DNA of 64,000 nucleotides from positions 124,558,001-124,622,000 of the forward strand of contig NC_083276.1 of NCBI RefSeq assembly GCF_963506605.1, given 5' to 3'. Every line of letters starts with the position of its first letter. Positions within the stretch are counted from its first letter, which is position 1. Made by a program: the position numbers and the translations under genes. Below the pieces are notes generated by a model. The model had not been told where the DNA came from. It worked only from the letters and a program-made list of their open reading frames with translations, and did no database searches. Positions 13,901 through 25,900 of the stretch are shown here, in pieces. The stretch is from Zootoca vivipara. Lineage: Eukaryota.

Positions 13901-16900
13901 ACCGGAAGTCGCTTCTACGCATGTCCAGACATGCTCAAAAGCGACTTCCAGTGCCGCTCTGCCCAGATATGGGCAGAGCACCCAAAATTGGTTCTGCGCA
14001 TGTCCAGACATGCACAGAAGGAGCCTCCCTGGCAGGTACTGAAATCTGGGGGATTTACAGGATTTTTTCCCAATCTGGGCTGCCAGCGGGAAACGGTTTA
14101 AAATACGGGGGTTTCCCGTGAAAAACGGGAGACTTGGCAGCTATGCCAAGATGGTGTTTACAGGCCTTTGGGAACATTTGGTTCTATACACCAGCAGCTC
14201 TGATAGCTTTACTGTATGCCCTGATTGTAGAATGCCTTAATAATATAAAGCTTCTGAAAATAGGCTGAACTTAGCAACTGCTGAACCATCCATTTGACCT
14301 GAGTTGGAACAGCTGGCCAAACGCTTTGCCAACAGTGGGGTTTGCCCTCCAATAGCTTATCTACAACTCCCCATACCTAAAGGTTGTCCTAAGGCTACCA
14401 GTGTGGCAGGGCAGCAGTGCTTAACTGACCTCCCACCATCCATGTTGCTGTAGTGTCCTGGGAAGGAGAGGGGCAAGGTCAGTGCAGTTCAAACACACTC
14501 CAAAGCATATCAAACCTCTGAATCTGATACTGTTTTCCCTACAGAAAATGGCTGAAGATCAGACACCACAAACACTTGTTTACCATGGAGAAAGGACTGC
14601 ATGGATTTCTCCTGTAAATCTAAATGAACTTCTGGAACTGAAAGCCAAGCACCCCCAGGCACCTCTTGTAGTAGGCAATACTGCTGTGGGTATGTAGATT
14701 CCATACATAAGGGAGCAGCTCCCCCACTATGAGCTATTGCAGTGGTTCCCAACAGGTGGTCCGGGGACCCCCAGGGGTCCGCGAGCTATGCCAGAGGGGT
14801 CCGCAAGATGCTATTAGAATAAAAAATATATTAAATATATTTCGTATGATAACAGATTTTTTGTTTTGGCCGCTTCCTGCATGAGCAGAGTCTAGCGCAA
14901 AACTAGAATTAGATAGAGGCAGTAGTTCTGCTGTATGCCGTTAGGTGGCGCTTTACAAACACTACTGTTCTGCAAAGAGGCAGCGCGCACATTCTACTAA
15001 CGCTCACCTCCCCAAGATGCTTTGCGCGCGTCAGCTTCATTTGTGCGCTACTGCGCAGGTACCCTGTCTTCTCCATTCCCCTCCCTCCTCCCTGGCGCGC
15101 TCTGCCTCTTTGCAAAACAGTAGTGTTTGTAAACAAAGCGTTGTTTTTCGCGGAAGCTACAGTTCGCGTAGTTAAAAATGGACCGTTGGTTAAAAAGTGG
15201 TTCGTTAAAATGACAAAGGCCTACAGATGAAGAGGAAGAACTGTAAAAAACGTATAAATATAAAATATAAAAAGACTCTTAATTTGGCTCTCACTTTTTA
15301 ATTTTAGGATTAGGAATTAATGGGGGTCCTTGTCACAATAACGGCTCGATGAGGGGTCCTCGAGAAAATTTTGTTGGGAACCCCTGAGCTATTGAAAGTC
15401 AGCTCCTGGTTAAAGTTAGATGATTTGTAGTAGGTGATCTGTGTGTGGGCCGTGGTTTCATGGAGCTGCTGTGATTTATTCTTTCTGTAGAATTTCGGCA
15501 TATCCTGTTACTGTAATACCAGTATATGTATCACTGCACACCTTGAGATCCCCAAAGGAGCCTTGCTTTGTGGCCCTTCGTTAATCTGTGAACTCACTGT
15601 TGAAGTTTTTGTGATAAACTGCAGCTTTAAAGTAGACAATTAGTGAGTTAGCCAGAAGCTAAGTTAAACAAGGGAGTTTTTGCCTGGAGACAGGGAAGTA
15701 TGTTGACAGGCTGCTGATTGGTTTAAACTCCCCCTATAGGGAGACAGAGAAGCATGGTGACAGGCTGCTGATTGGTTTAAACTCCCCCTATAGGCAGCTT
15801 GGCACTAGCAGTTCTATGCTGAGGTAAAATGGAGCTGTTTAGAGAAGGAGTTTGTGAGGAGAGTTCTGAGAGTCTGTGTATATAGTAACTTGTACAAAGC
15901 AGCTTATAATAAAAGCTACTGTTCATCAAGTTCTGTTTCCTGAGTCCTGGATTACACCACCACACTATTGCGCTGCCTGCTAAATTCTCTGCTACACTTC
16001 AATAGGTTCTGGTGCCCAGGCTGTGGTTTCCAGGTTAGTGGTGTGCCAGTCAAGTCGTGGACGCAGGGGTTGTGAAGTCTCCCAGATTCTTAGCAAAGGA
16101 GATGGTGAGGACATGCCTGAGGTGATCAGTTGTAGAGTGTCGTGGTATTGATGCCAAGAGCTGATTGGTGGCAGACCCAAGTCTAGAGGACGACTGGACA
16201 CAGACAGTAGACACAGACATGCAGCATCCAGCTGCATTATCATTTGAGCGTCTGAACAATCATAACTATTTGTTGTGGTCCCAGAGGATTCAAGCTACGC
16301 TGCAGAGAGAAGGTCTTTGGAATGCTGTGTCTAAACCTCCTTCAAAGCCTGATGCTGATCATTTGGAGCGGGATGAGAGGGCAAGAGCTACTATTGTGTT
16401 GGCCATAGATGATATGCAGCTACCCCATGTGCGTGAGTGCAGTTCTGCAAAAGCTGTGTGGGTTGCTCTCCGGAATCTCCATGTGCGGGAGACGGCAGGT
16501 TCAAAGCTGTCTATACGTAAATCTCTATACAAATCGCTGCTTCAGCCGGGAGTGTCAATGCAGGACCATCTCCACGAACTGCAGATGAAGTTTGTGGCTC
16601 TTCTGGAGAGGGGTTGTAATTTACCAGAGGAAGAGAAAGTCTGCATTATTTTAAGTTCACTTCCTGACAGTTGGGACAATCTTGTTCTATCGCTGGAGTC
16701 AATGCGAGAACGGGATTTGACACTGGACTACGTCACTGGCAGGTTGCTTGAGGAGTGGCAGAAGCGGGTGTGCAGACAGTCGAAAACTTCTAGTGTTTTG
16801 ACAGGGAGTCGGTCTGTCAAAAACGCCAGCAGTTCTGAAGTGAAGCTGGTGTCTCAGCGTTCTTCAGAAGCTGTCAGCGAGGAGTCTGCATTTGCTGTGC

Positions 16901-19900
16901 GTCGCTGCTATAGATGTGGATCTTCAAAACATCTGCGTAAAGCATGTCCAGAAGTGGCAGGTTCTGAGGATCAGAGAAGTCGTCAGCAGAAGAAACGCGG
17001 CAAGTCAAAGCAGACAGTGCAGTACGTCGCCGCAGTGGTCAAGTGTCCAGAAGATGAAAAAAGCATCGAGTGGGTGGTCGATTCTGGCAGTTCAAGGCAT
17101 CTGGTTACATCAGAGGCTTTGTTTTCCAAGAAGTTGCCTAATCCACGCAAGCAGGTCGTGCTTGCAGATGGGAGAAAGTCTGAAGTGAAGTCTGCTGGAT
17201 CTGTCTTTGTCCCAAGTCTGCGCACACAGTTGGACAATGTTCTGTGTGTACCTTCATTGCAAAGCAATCTAATGTCTATATCATGTCTAATGCAGTCTGG
17301 TTTTTGTGTGCAGTTTAATGACAATTGCTGTGAGATACAGAAAGACGGTAAGACATTGGGAAGGGCTTTGCCAGAGGGTGGTGTGTTTGTGCTAAAAGAC
17401 AATGACAGAGTTGAGGATTCTGTCCTAGCTAGTGGTGTTTTACAGCAGAATTGTAAAAACAAGGCGTTACACCAGCATTGTTTACATTTATGGCACCGAC
17501 GCCTAGGTCATTCTAATTGGCGAAGTGTAATTAAAATGCCAAAGCTGAGTGATGGCTGTGAGCTGCAAAGTTGTGACAAGTTTTTAGACTGCAATGTGTG
17601 CAAGCAGGTTAAGTGTCACAGAGGTCCGTATCCTAGCAGCCAAAGAGTAAGTGAAAAGCCATTTCAGCTGGTACATGCCGATGTATGCGGTCCTTTCAAG
17701 CCTAGCAGGGGTAATTCTTGCTATGCACTGGCAATTATTGACGATGCTACCAGATTTTGCTGGGTTTATATGTTAAAGCACAAGGGGGAAGTTTTTTCTA
17801 AGTTTAAAAGCTGGGTTGCCTATGTAGAAAGGCAGTTCTCTTGCAAAGTCCAGAAACTTCAGTCTGATCGCGGAGGGGAGTTTTTGTCTAATGCGTTTCA
17901 GTCTTGGTTGGCAAGACGTGGAATTGGACATAGAAAAACTAATCCTCATTCTCCGGAAGAGAACGGGATTGCTGAGAGGAAGAATAGAGCGTTGCAAGAA
18001 ATGATGCAATCTATGCTAGCAGATTCTGGTTTATCTTTTGGTTATTGGGGAGAAGCCATTCTGAATGCGTGTTATATTCAAAATCGCTTATTTCATAGTT
18101 CAATAAGAACTACACCCTATTTCAAGTTGTTTGGGAAGAAGCCCAAAGTGGATCATTTGCGTGTGTTTGGGGTACAAGCTTGGGTACATGTGCCGAAGGC
18201 ACAACGCAGAAAAGGGGATGCCAAGGCACAACAACTTATTTTTGTTGGTTATCAAGATCAAGGAAAAGGGTGGCGGTTTGCAGTTGGTAACAACGGGATA
18301 ATAGTATCACGTAATGCAAATTTTTGTGAGCACTCTGGTTGGGAGAAAATCCATGCAAACACAGAGGTTTGGTTGCAATGTTCCAAGAGTTTTTCTGGCA
18401 ATAAAGAGCAGCCAGAAATTGTCAGCTCTGAGGGGGACGATGAAAAGCCTGAAATGTTTCCAAACTCTGAAGCCAGACAGATTTCGTCTACTTCAAAAGG
18501 TGTTTCTTCTGAAAGGGAGCAAGTGTCTGAGGGGGATGACAGTGCAGAGAAAAGTGATTTAACTCCCAGAAGGTCAGAGAGGAGAAACAAAGGAGTTCCA
18601 TCAGACCGTTATTCACCAGGTGTATCTCATGTTTGCCATGTAGCTGTAGAGCCACAAAGCTATAATGAGGTGTTTAAGTTACCAGAAGAACAGGTTTTGT
18701 GCTGGAAAGAAGCAATGCAAGAAGAAATGAATTCTCTGCAAGAGCACAAGGTGTTTACTTCTATGCCTCTACCCAAGGGTGCCAAGGTGGTAGGCAGTAG
18801 ATGGGTCTATAAACTGAAGCCCTTAGCTACTGGAGGTTTCAAGTATAAGGCACGGTTAGTAGCACAGGGTTTTTCCCAAAGACCTGGAGTGGATTTTGAT
18901 GAGGTGTTTGCTCCTACAGCGAGAAGCGAAAGCATGAGGCTGTTGCTTGCTATCGCTGCAAAGCATAAATTGGTGGCCAGTCATTTCGACATTCAAACAG
19001 CTTATTTAAATGCTGGTCTCACAGAGGAGCTGTATTTAGCTGAGCCACAAGGTTTTGAGACTAGGCCTGGGAATGTTTACAAGCTGCACAAAGCTTTATA
19101 CGGTTTAAAACAGTCTGCACGTAACTGGAACCGTTGTCTGGATGACACACTGGTTAAGCTTGGTTTTAAACATTGTGTGGCTGACAATTGTTTATATATA
19201 AGAGGGTCTGGAAATAATATAGAGTTCTGTTTAATTTTTGTGGATGACCTCTTATATGTGGCCAAGAGTAACAAACTGGTCAATGAGTTCTATACTCAGT
19301 TAGCAAAGAGGTTCAAGGTTAAAAACCTCGGCACAGTAAAAAATTATTTAGGAGTCGAAATGTGCCAGGCGGTTGATGGAAGCTATTTGCTCTGTCAAAG
19401 TAACAAAATCAAGCAGTTGTTGGTAAAATTTGGCATGCAGGATTGCAAAGGAGCCAAAACGCCAATGGAAACAGGTTTTGTTAAAGATTTAAATACAGAG
19501 CAAAGCCAAGAGTTCGAAAGTCCTGAACTATATCAATCTGCTATAGGTAGTCTGATGTACCTAGCACAATGGTCAAGACCTGACATCAGTTATGCTGTAG
19601 GCATCCTGAGCAGGCAGGTAGCAAAGCCAACAATTAATGCTTGGAAAGCGGTCAAAAGAGTTTTGCGTTATCTGAAACACACTGTTGACAGCACTCTAAG
19701 GATGAGTTCAACAGGGGAAGAGGTTTTACAGTGTTATACAGATAGCGACTGGGGAAATCTACCTGACAGGAAATCTGTAACTGGTATTGTCATCATGTTT
19801 GGGAAGTCGCTTGTTGGCTGGAAATCCAGAAAGCAAAGTTTGGTCAGTATGTCTTCAACAGAAGCCGAATACGCTGCGTTAAGTGAGTTGTGTAATGAGA

Positions 19901-22900
19901 TTGTGTTTTATAAACAGTTTTTGCTGGATTTGGGTTTTGAAAATGTTTGTCCTGTTAAAGTGTTTGTAGACAATCAAGCATGTATAACTCTGAGTGGGAC
20001 AGAACAGTTCAAAAGCAAAAGTAAACATATTCATTTGAAATACCAAAACGTCAGGTTCAATGTACAAAATAATACCATTGTGTGTGAATATGTGCAAAGT
20101 TCTGAAAATGTTGCTGACATCATGACAAAGCCGTTATCATTTGTAAATTGGAATATGCTTTGTCAGAGCATGGGTTTGGAGATCAAAGTTGGAGATAATA
20201 CTTTGTCTATGCTCAAAGACTAATTGCACTTTTGTAAGCTGTGAGGGGGTGTTGAAGTTTTTGTGATAAACTGCAGCTTTAAAGTAGACAATTAGTGAGT
20301 TAGCCAGAAGCTAAGTTAAACAAGGGAGTTTTTGCCTGGAGACAGGGAAGTATGTTGACAGGCTGCTGATTGGTTTAAACTCCCCCTATAGGGAGACAGA
20401 GAAGCATGGTGACAGGCTGCTGATTGGTTTAATGTCCCCCTATAGGCAGCTTGGCACTAGCAGTTCTATGCTGAGGTAAAATGGAGCTGTTTAGAGAAGG
20501 AGTTTGTGAGGAGAGTTCTGAGAGTCTGTGTATATAGTAACTTGTACAAAGCAGCTTATAATAAAAGCTACTGTTCATCAAGTTCTGTTTCCTGAGTCCT
20601 GGATTACACCACCACACTATTGCGCTGCCTGCTAAATTCTCTGCTACACTTCAATACTCACATGGTGGGAATTTTTTTCGTGGGGACAGCTTTTCATTTA
20701 AAATACTGTGCCAAGGAAACTCAGTTTGGCCCAGAATACACCCACACCTATACATATACAATACCTTTTACCACTTGTAAGTTTAGTCTCTGATTACTGT
20801 GGTACATTTTAATCTTATGGTAGCATATTTTTAAGTGCAGCATGTTTATGTTATTGGATTTTCTCTACTTTTAAAACATTTTCTAGATTGTTACTAGTTT
20901 TAGAGTGCTGCATACCCAATCTGTGAGTAGGAAAAGGGTTCACCATTTTTATAAACAAATATTTTCAAATGTTTAAATTGCAATCAAGCAACATTCCCCT
21001 TCCTCCTCATTTTCACTGTTATCTTCTACCCTTTAGGACCTGATATGAAGTTTAAAGGTGTATTTCATCCACTTATCATCTCGCCCACTAGAATATTGGA
21101 TCTGTATGTTGTGGAATGCACAGAAGATGGTCAGTAAACTTTGCTTTCTATCTTAGGGCCCTGCTAAAAGTTTTAAGAGCAGTGGGATCAGTTTGAAAGT
21201 GCACACTGTGCTCCATTAAACGATTATTTTTTGTCCCTTGATAAGCTCTGAAAAAGCAGCTCCAGCATGTGTTTTACTTTTGTGTTTTACTCTTTTCAGG
21301 ACTAATACTAGGAGCTGCGTGTAGCCTGACTGCAGTGAAAAACATCCTGACAGATGTGGTCTCAAAACTTTCAGCGGAGAAAACCAAGATATTCTCTGCT
21401 CTTTTGCAACAATTAAAAACTCTGGGAGGACAGCAGATCCGAAACGTGGCTGTATGTTTCCTTAATTGAAACATTTTTACAAATTTTACCTTGGATTACT
21501 GTTAACTGGGAAACAAATATTTTCCAGTTTAATTTGTTAACATTGATTTTGTAAGTGTTGCGTTTTTTGTGTTGAAACTGCATTTTTCCTCCCCTTTTTT
21601 GCTTTTAGTCCTTTGGAGGAAATATCATGAGCAGAAATTCAACATCTGACATCAATCCTATTCTAGCAGTTAGCAACTGTATCCTCAATGTGGCATCACA
21701 AGGTAGGACCAAATGCATTCTCAGTTTTCCATCACACTCAGTATTATCCAAACCTTCCAAATCTCTTTTATGTATTTGGAACACATTGCAGGTCCCTAGG
21801 AAGCCCACTGCAGGGGGCCCTTCAGGGAGGTAGGGATAAGGCTGTGGCTATGATGTTGCTTGTGAGGATATTTCTTTCTTTCTTCAATTGGCACAGGGAG
21901 TGTAAGCTGTGTAGTGCAATCCTATACATGTCTACTCAGAAGTAAGGCCCATTGAATTCAATGGGACTTTCCCTAGGTGAATTTGTATGGAGTTGCAGCC
22001 TTCAACATATTTTTGTTCTTTTACTCTAATCCCTTTCTCAATGAGGAACTCTAAGGTGCCAGTGTATTCTTTTTACAAATAAGCAAATATCTCAGTAAGG
22101 ACTGGAATGACGATCTTATTACAGTGGTACCTCTGGTTACGAACTTAATTCGTTCCAGAGGTCCGTTCTTAACCCAAAACCATTCTTGGTGCACTTTCGC
22201 TAATAGGGCCACCTGCTGCCACCGCGCCACTGGCATGTGACTTCCGCTCGCATCCTGGGGCAAAGTTCGCTACTAGGAGCATCTACTTCCGGGTTAGCGG
22301 AGCTCATTACCCAAAGTGTTTGTAAGGAGGAGGTTCCACTGTATTTCACTCTAAGGCCTTTGATAAATTCATTCATTCACTAGCTGAGTTTCCTGCTGCC
22401 TGTTTATCCTACTAAGGACATGTTTTTGATGCCCACATCAGCTTTCTTTTTGGGGTAAATAGCAGCTTTTGTGGACAAGAGAGGTGATTTTCATCAGGGC
22501 ACATCATGGCAGGGGGGGGGGACCCCTCCACCTGTAGTCCTAACCTGAATCTGGGTCTCCTGCGGTTGTGGTGCACACAACTGTGAAGACCCATTTAATG
22601 CAATGTGTAGTTTGGCACAGCAATGCTTTGTACGTTACAGTAAGAAAGGTGCAGTATGCTGTCTCACGAACCAGGCTTGACACTGCAATATCTCATGGGC
22701 AAGGCACACTTCTGTTATGATGAGAAGACTTGAGTGGCAAGTATGCACACGTTTCTGGTTGTTTGCATATGTTCTTTGCAAAGCAGCTGAAGAACATTGG
22801 AAGTTGCCTTATACTGAATTAGCTAGCTCAATGTTGGTAATACTGACAGGCAGCAACTCTTCAGGGTTTGGACAGGGCTCATTTGCAGCTCTACCAGGAG

Positions 22901-25900
22901 ATGCCAGGGACAGAATCTGGGACCTTCTGCATGCAAAGCAGATGCTCTACTAAGCTATGGCCCTAACTGTGTTACATCTTTGCACCCTTACAGGTTTAGT
23001 TAGATCTATTAAAATGCAAAGGTGTGAGACTCCCAAAAGCATTCTGACTTAGCTCTGGCACACTTCTTTAATAATTATAGAGGGTGAAGAAAAAGTGATT
23101 ACTCCTGCCACCTAAGCAAGAAACCCAATGGAATTGCTTTGAGTTTCTGCAATCTGTATGCATAACTAGTCCAAAAATTTCCATGCCAGCCAAGCCAAAA
23201 TGATTGCTCTGTATTCTCTTTATAGTGCTTAGTATTTATTTTCCATTTATATGGATGTTAATGTTCTCTGTTAGGGAGGCTGCGACAGATTCCTTTCAGT
23301 GACCTTTTTGCTGATGGACTTGGAAACAATACCCTGGAACCAGAGGAGATCCTAGTGTCTGTTAAAATCCCACATTCCAGGAAGGTCGGCAATCTTTCCT
23401 TTTCCTTTAAGATTGGTAATTGGGGGGAAATGTTAGATGATGATCCACAACGTGCATATTTTGGCAAATGTCAATGTTTTTGCAACATTCAGATTTGTTT
23501 GGGACTGGAACATGATACATTCATAAATACGTGAACAGTCTTAAAAGGGCAAAGTGCTTTCATAATGGGACAGCCAATCCTTGCCCAAAGTCTATGCCTC
23601 TTGCTTCAAGAGCTCCAGGGCCTTGAACCATCTGTAGTGTGGACCCTGCTCTATTCAGCTTGCTGTGAAACATTGGAATCAAACTGACTGCAGCATGTAG
23701 GGGAGAATATATAGCAGTAGCCTCCAAAGTTAATCGAAGGCACGAAGGTGGTCTGCAACTACTATAAGAGGAATACAGCCTTTTAAACTTTAAATATGAT
23801 CCAGGGGAGTATTAGAAAAAAACCTTTCTCCCAGTTTTCAATGGTCAAGTTGTGAGTGCTGCAGTGGAATGTCCTGTAATAAAAGGTGGCATTTCAAAAT
23901 GTTGTAGCCCAACTAATCTCTCTTTATTCTGATTCCTATTCCTTTTCAGGGTGAGTTTGTAGCAGCGTTTCGACAAGCTCCAAGGCGGGAAAATGCTTTA
24001 CCTATTGTTACAGCAGGGATGAGGATTGTCTTTGAAGAAGACTGCAACATCATTAGGGACTTCTGCATCTGTTACGGAGGTGTTGGCTTCACTACAGTTG
24101 CCGCCAAGCAAACATGCCAGGCACTCATTGGAAGGTACTATATGATTTCCTGTAGCATTGACGCCTCTTAGACTGAAAGCTCACCCCAATGGTAGCAATT
24201 TCCTAAGGAAGAGGCGTCTAGATAAACTCTTGAGTTCTCAAATACTAAAATTATATTGTTGCCGGATAAATGCTTGACATGCAGCAATTAAAAGACAAAT
24301 TTTTGTTTATATGAAATAGGTTGTGAGAATATTTCAGACCTTATTGTTCTTCAGAATTCCTTTTGGATTAAGCAACACAATGGAACTATTTTTACTTATC
24401 CGTTCTGTTCGTCTCCGATCGCACAAACTCACAAGTGGGCAAGCAGTTCAGTACCAAGAGTTAAAGAAGTTCTGCCATCATGTGAAATCATTTTGTATTT
24501 TCTGCATATTTTAAGCATGTTTAATTTATGATGTATTTTAAAAAAATTATGATGCATGCATGCAATGTTTAATGATTGTCAGTTGCAGTTATTTATCAAT
24601 CTGCATCTGTGCATATAAGTCAGCATATGCCGTTACTTCCGGCGCTCTTAGGGTAGACTCACGGAAATTAATGGGCCTAACTTAGGTAAGTTCATTAATT
24701 TCAGTGGGTCTGCACTGAATAAAACTTAGTTGAATACCATCCTTAGTTAATGAAGTTGTCACTGTTTGCGTTAACTAGATTTGGTGGACAGGCTATACTT
24801 ATTCTAGTCTAGTTTTATTTTGAAATGGAACTGAAGAAACACTTATTAAAAGAGTTGAAAAACATATGCAGCCTGACTCCTTGGTTCTAGCCCTCTATGA
24901 TTGTTCTGACCTCCAAATTTACCACAGTAGTTAGGAGGGCTAGCTACATAGGTCTTTAAAAAAATTAAACTGGAGTTTGTACAGTTTTAAACAGGAACAC
25001 CTTAGGATGGTGTTCTGTCAGAGGGTCGTCGTGGCTACTCTAGAGTAACTCCGCTTGAGTCCAGTTTGTCTTTCAAGACTTTTATTGTGCAAAGTATTTA
25101 CAGTGCAGAGATAGCTTAAAACATGACCTCTCAGTCCAAACCAGAATCTGGCAATGGCGTATGTCTGTTCCTACGCCAGCAAAGTAGTTGGGGCACCCCA
25201 AAACGCCTCCCCCTTGACCTGCGTCGTGGTGCTCTCCTTAACTCTTGTGCCGGAAGGAGCGATGCCCTCTCAGCCTCCTCCTGGTCAAAGCGGTGCAATG
25301 GTTCTCCAGTATCCTTGAGCCCTTGCCTACATCTCCCCTCCCCTGAGCTTTCTCATCGTTCCGCACGCTGGCTGCTCTCTCCCTCCGAGTCTCTCCCTCC
25401 CCCCCTGGCTGCTTCAAAACCATTGCTGCTCCCTGTGCTTGGCGAGGTGGACGTTAGGAGGGTGGGGGCTGGCTCCCTGTAGGGAGTCACCCTTACAGGT
25501 TCCTTTTTGTAAGCTGTATATTGTGCACATCTTCTTTAACCAAATTACAGAAATCAGATCCACTTACTTCATAGCAAAGGAAGATACTTAGAACTAAGGC
25601 ACCCCAAAATATAAATCCCCACTGGAATAGTGAATCTGCTTTGTTTCCTTGATGTACAATAACAGTGTGCTGCAGAATGCATGTTTTAATTCTTCCCCCC
25701 ATTAAGAATCTAATTTGTGTTTTACTGAGATAGCCCGTTAGAATAAAAACTTCATGATCAAAACTCTGCACACTATTTTTGTGCTAGTGTAAGGTGATTT
25801 TTTCCTCCCATGTATGCTTTGCTCTGTCTCCAAATGTGCTCTGTGGGGTTGAGTGAATCTCTCCCCCCCCCCCCGACAGATTTAGGGAGAGAGGGAGATT

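Larger units (their letters stand above)
15598..20656 (+). mobile_element. Full-length Ty1/Copia LTR retrotransposon in AOX intron 9
   Basis: 407-bp LTRs at 15598-16004 and 20250-20656; 5-bp TSD CTCAC (15593-15597/20657-20661); PBS-like sequence 16005-16019; PPT GAGGGGG 20243-20249; intact ORF. Confidence 0.97.

Noticed and set aside
13800-14015. CRISPR-like spaced repeats
   Set aside because: Internal degenerate repeats of a TIR/TSD-bounded MITE in eukaryotic DNA; no unique spacers or cas genes.
16892-20097. Short alternative-frame and antisense ORFs within the Copia element
   Set aside because: Shadows of the gag-pol ORF with no recognisable motifs; no env-like ORF is seen.
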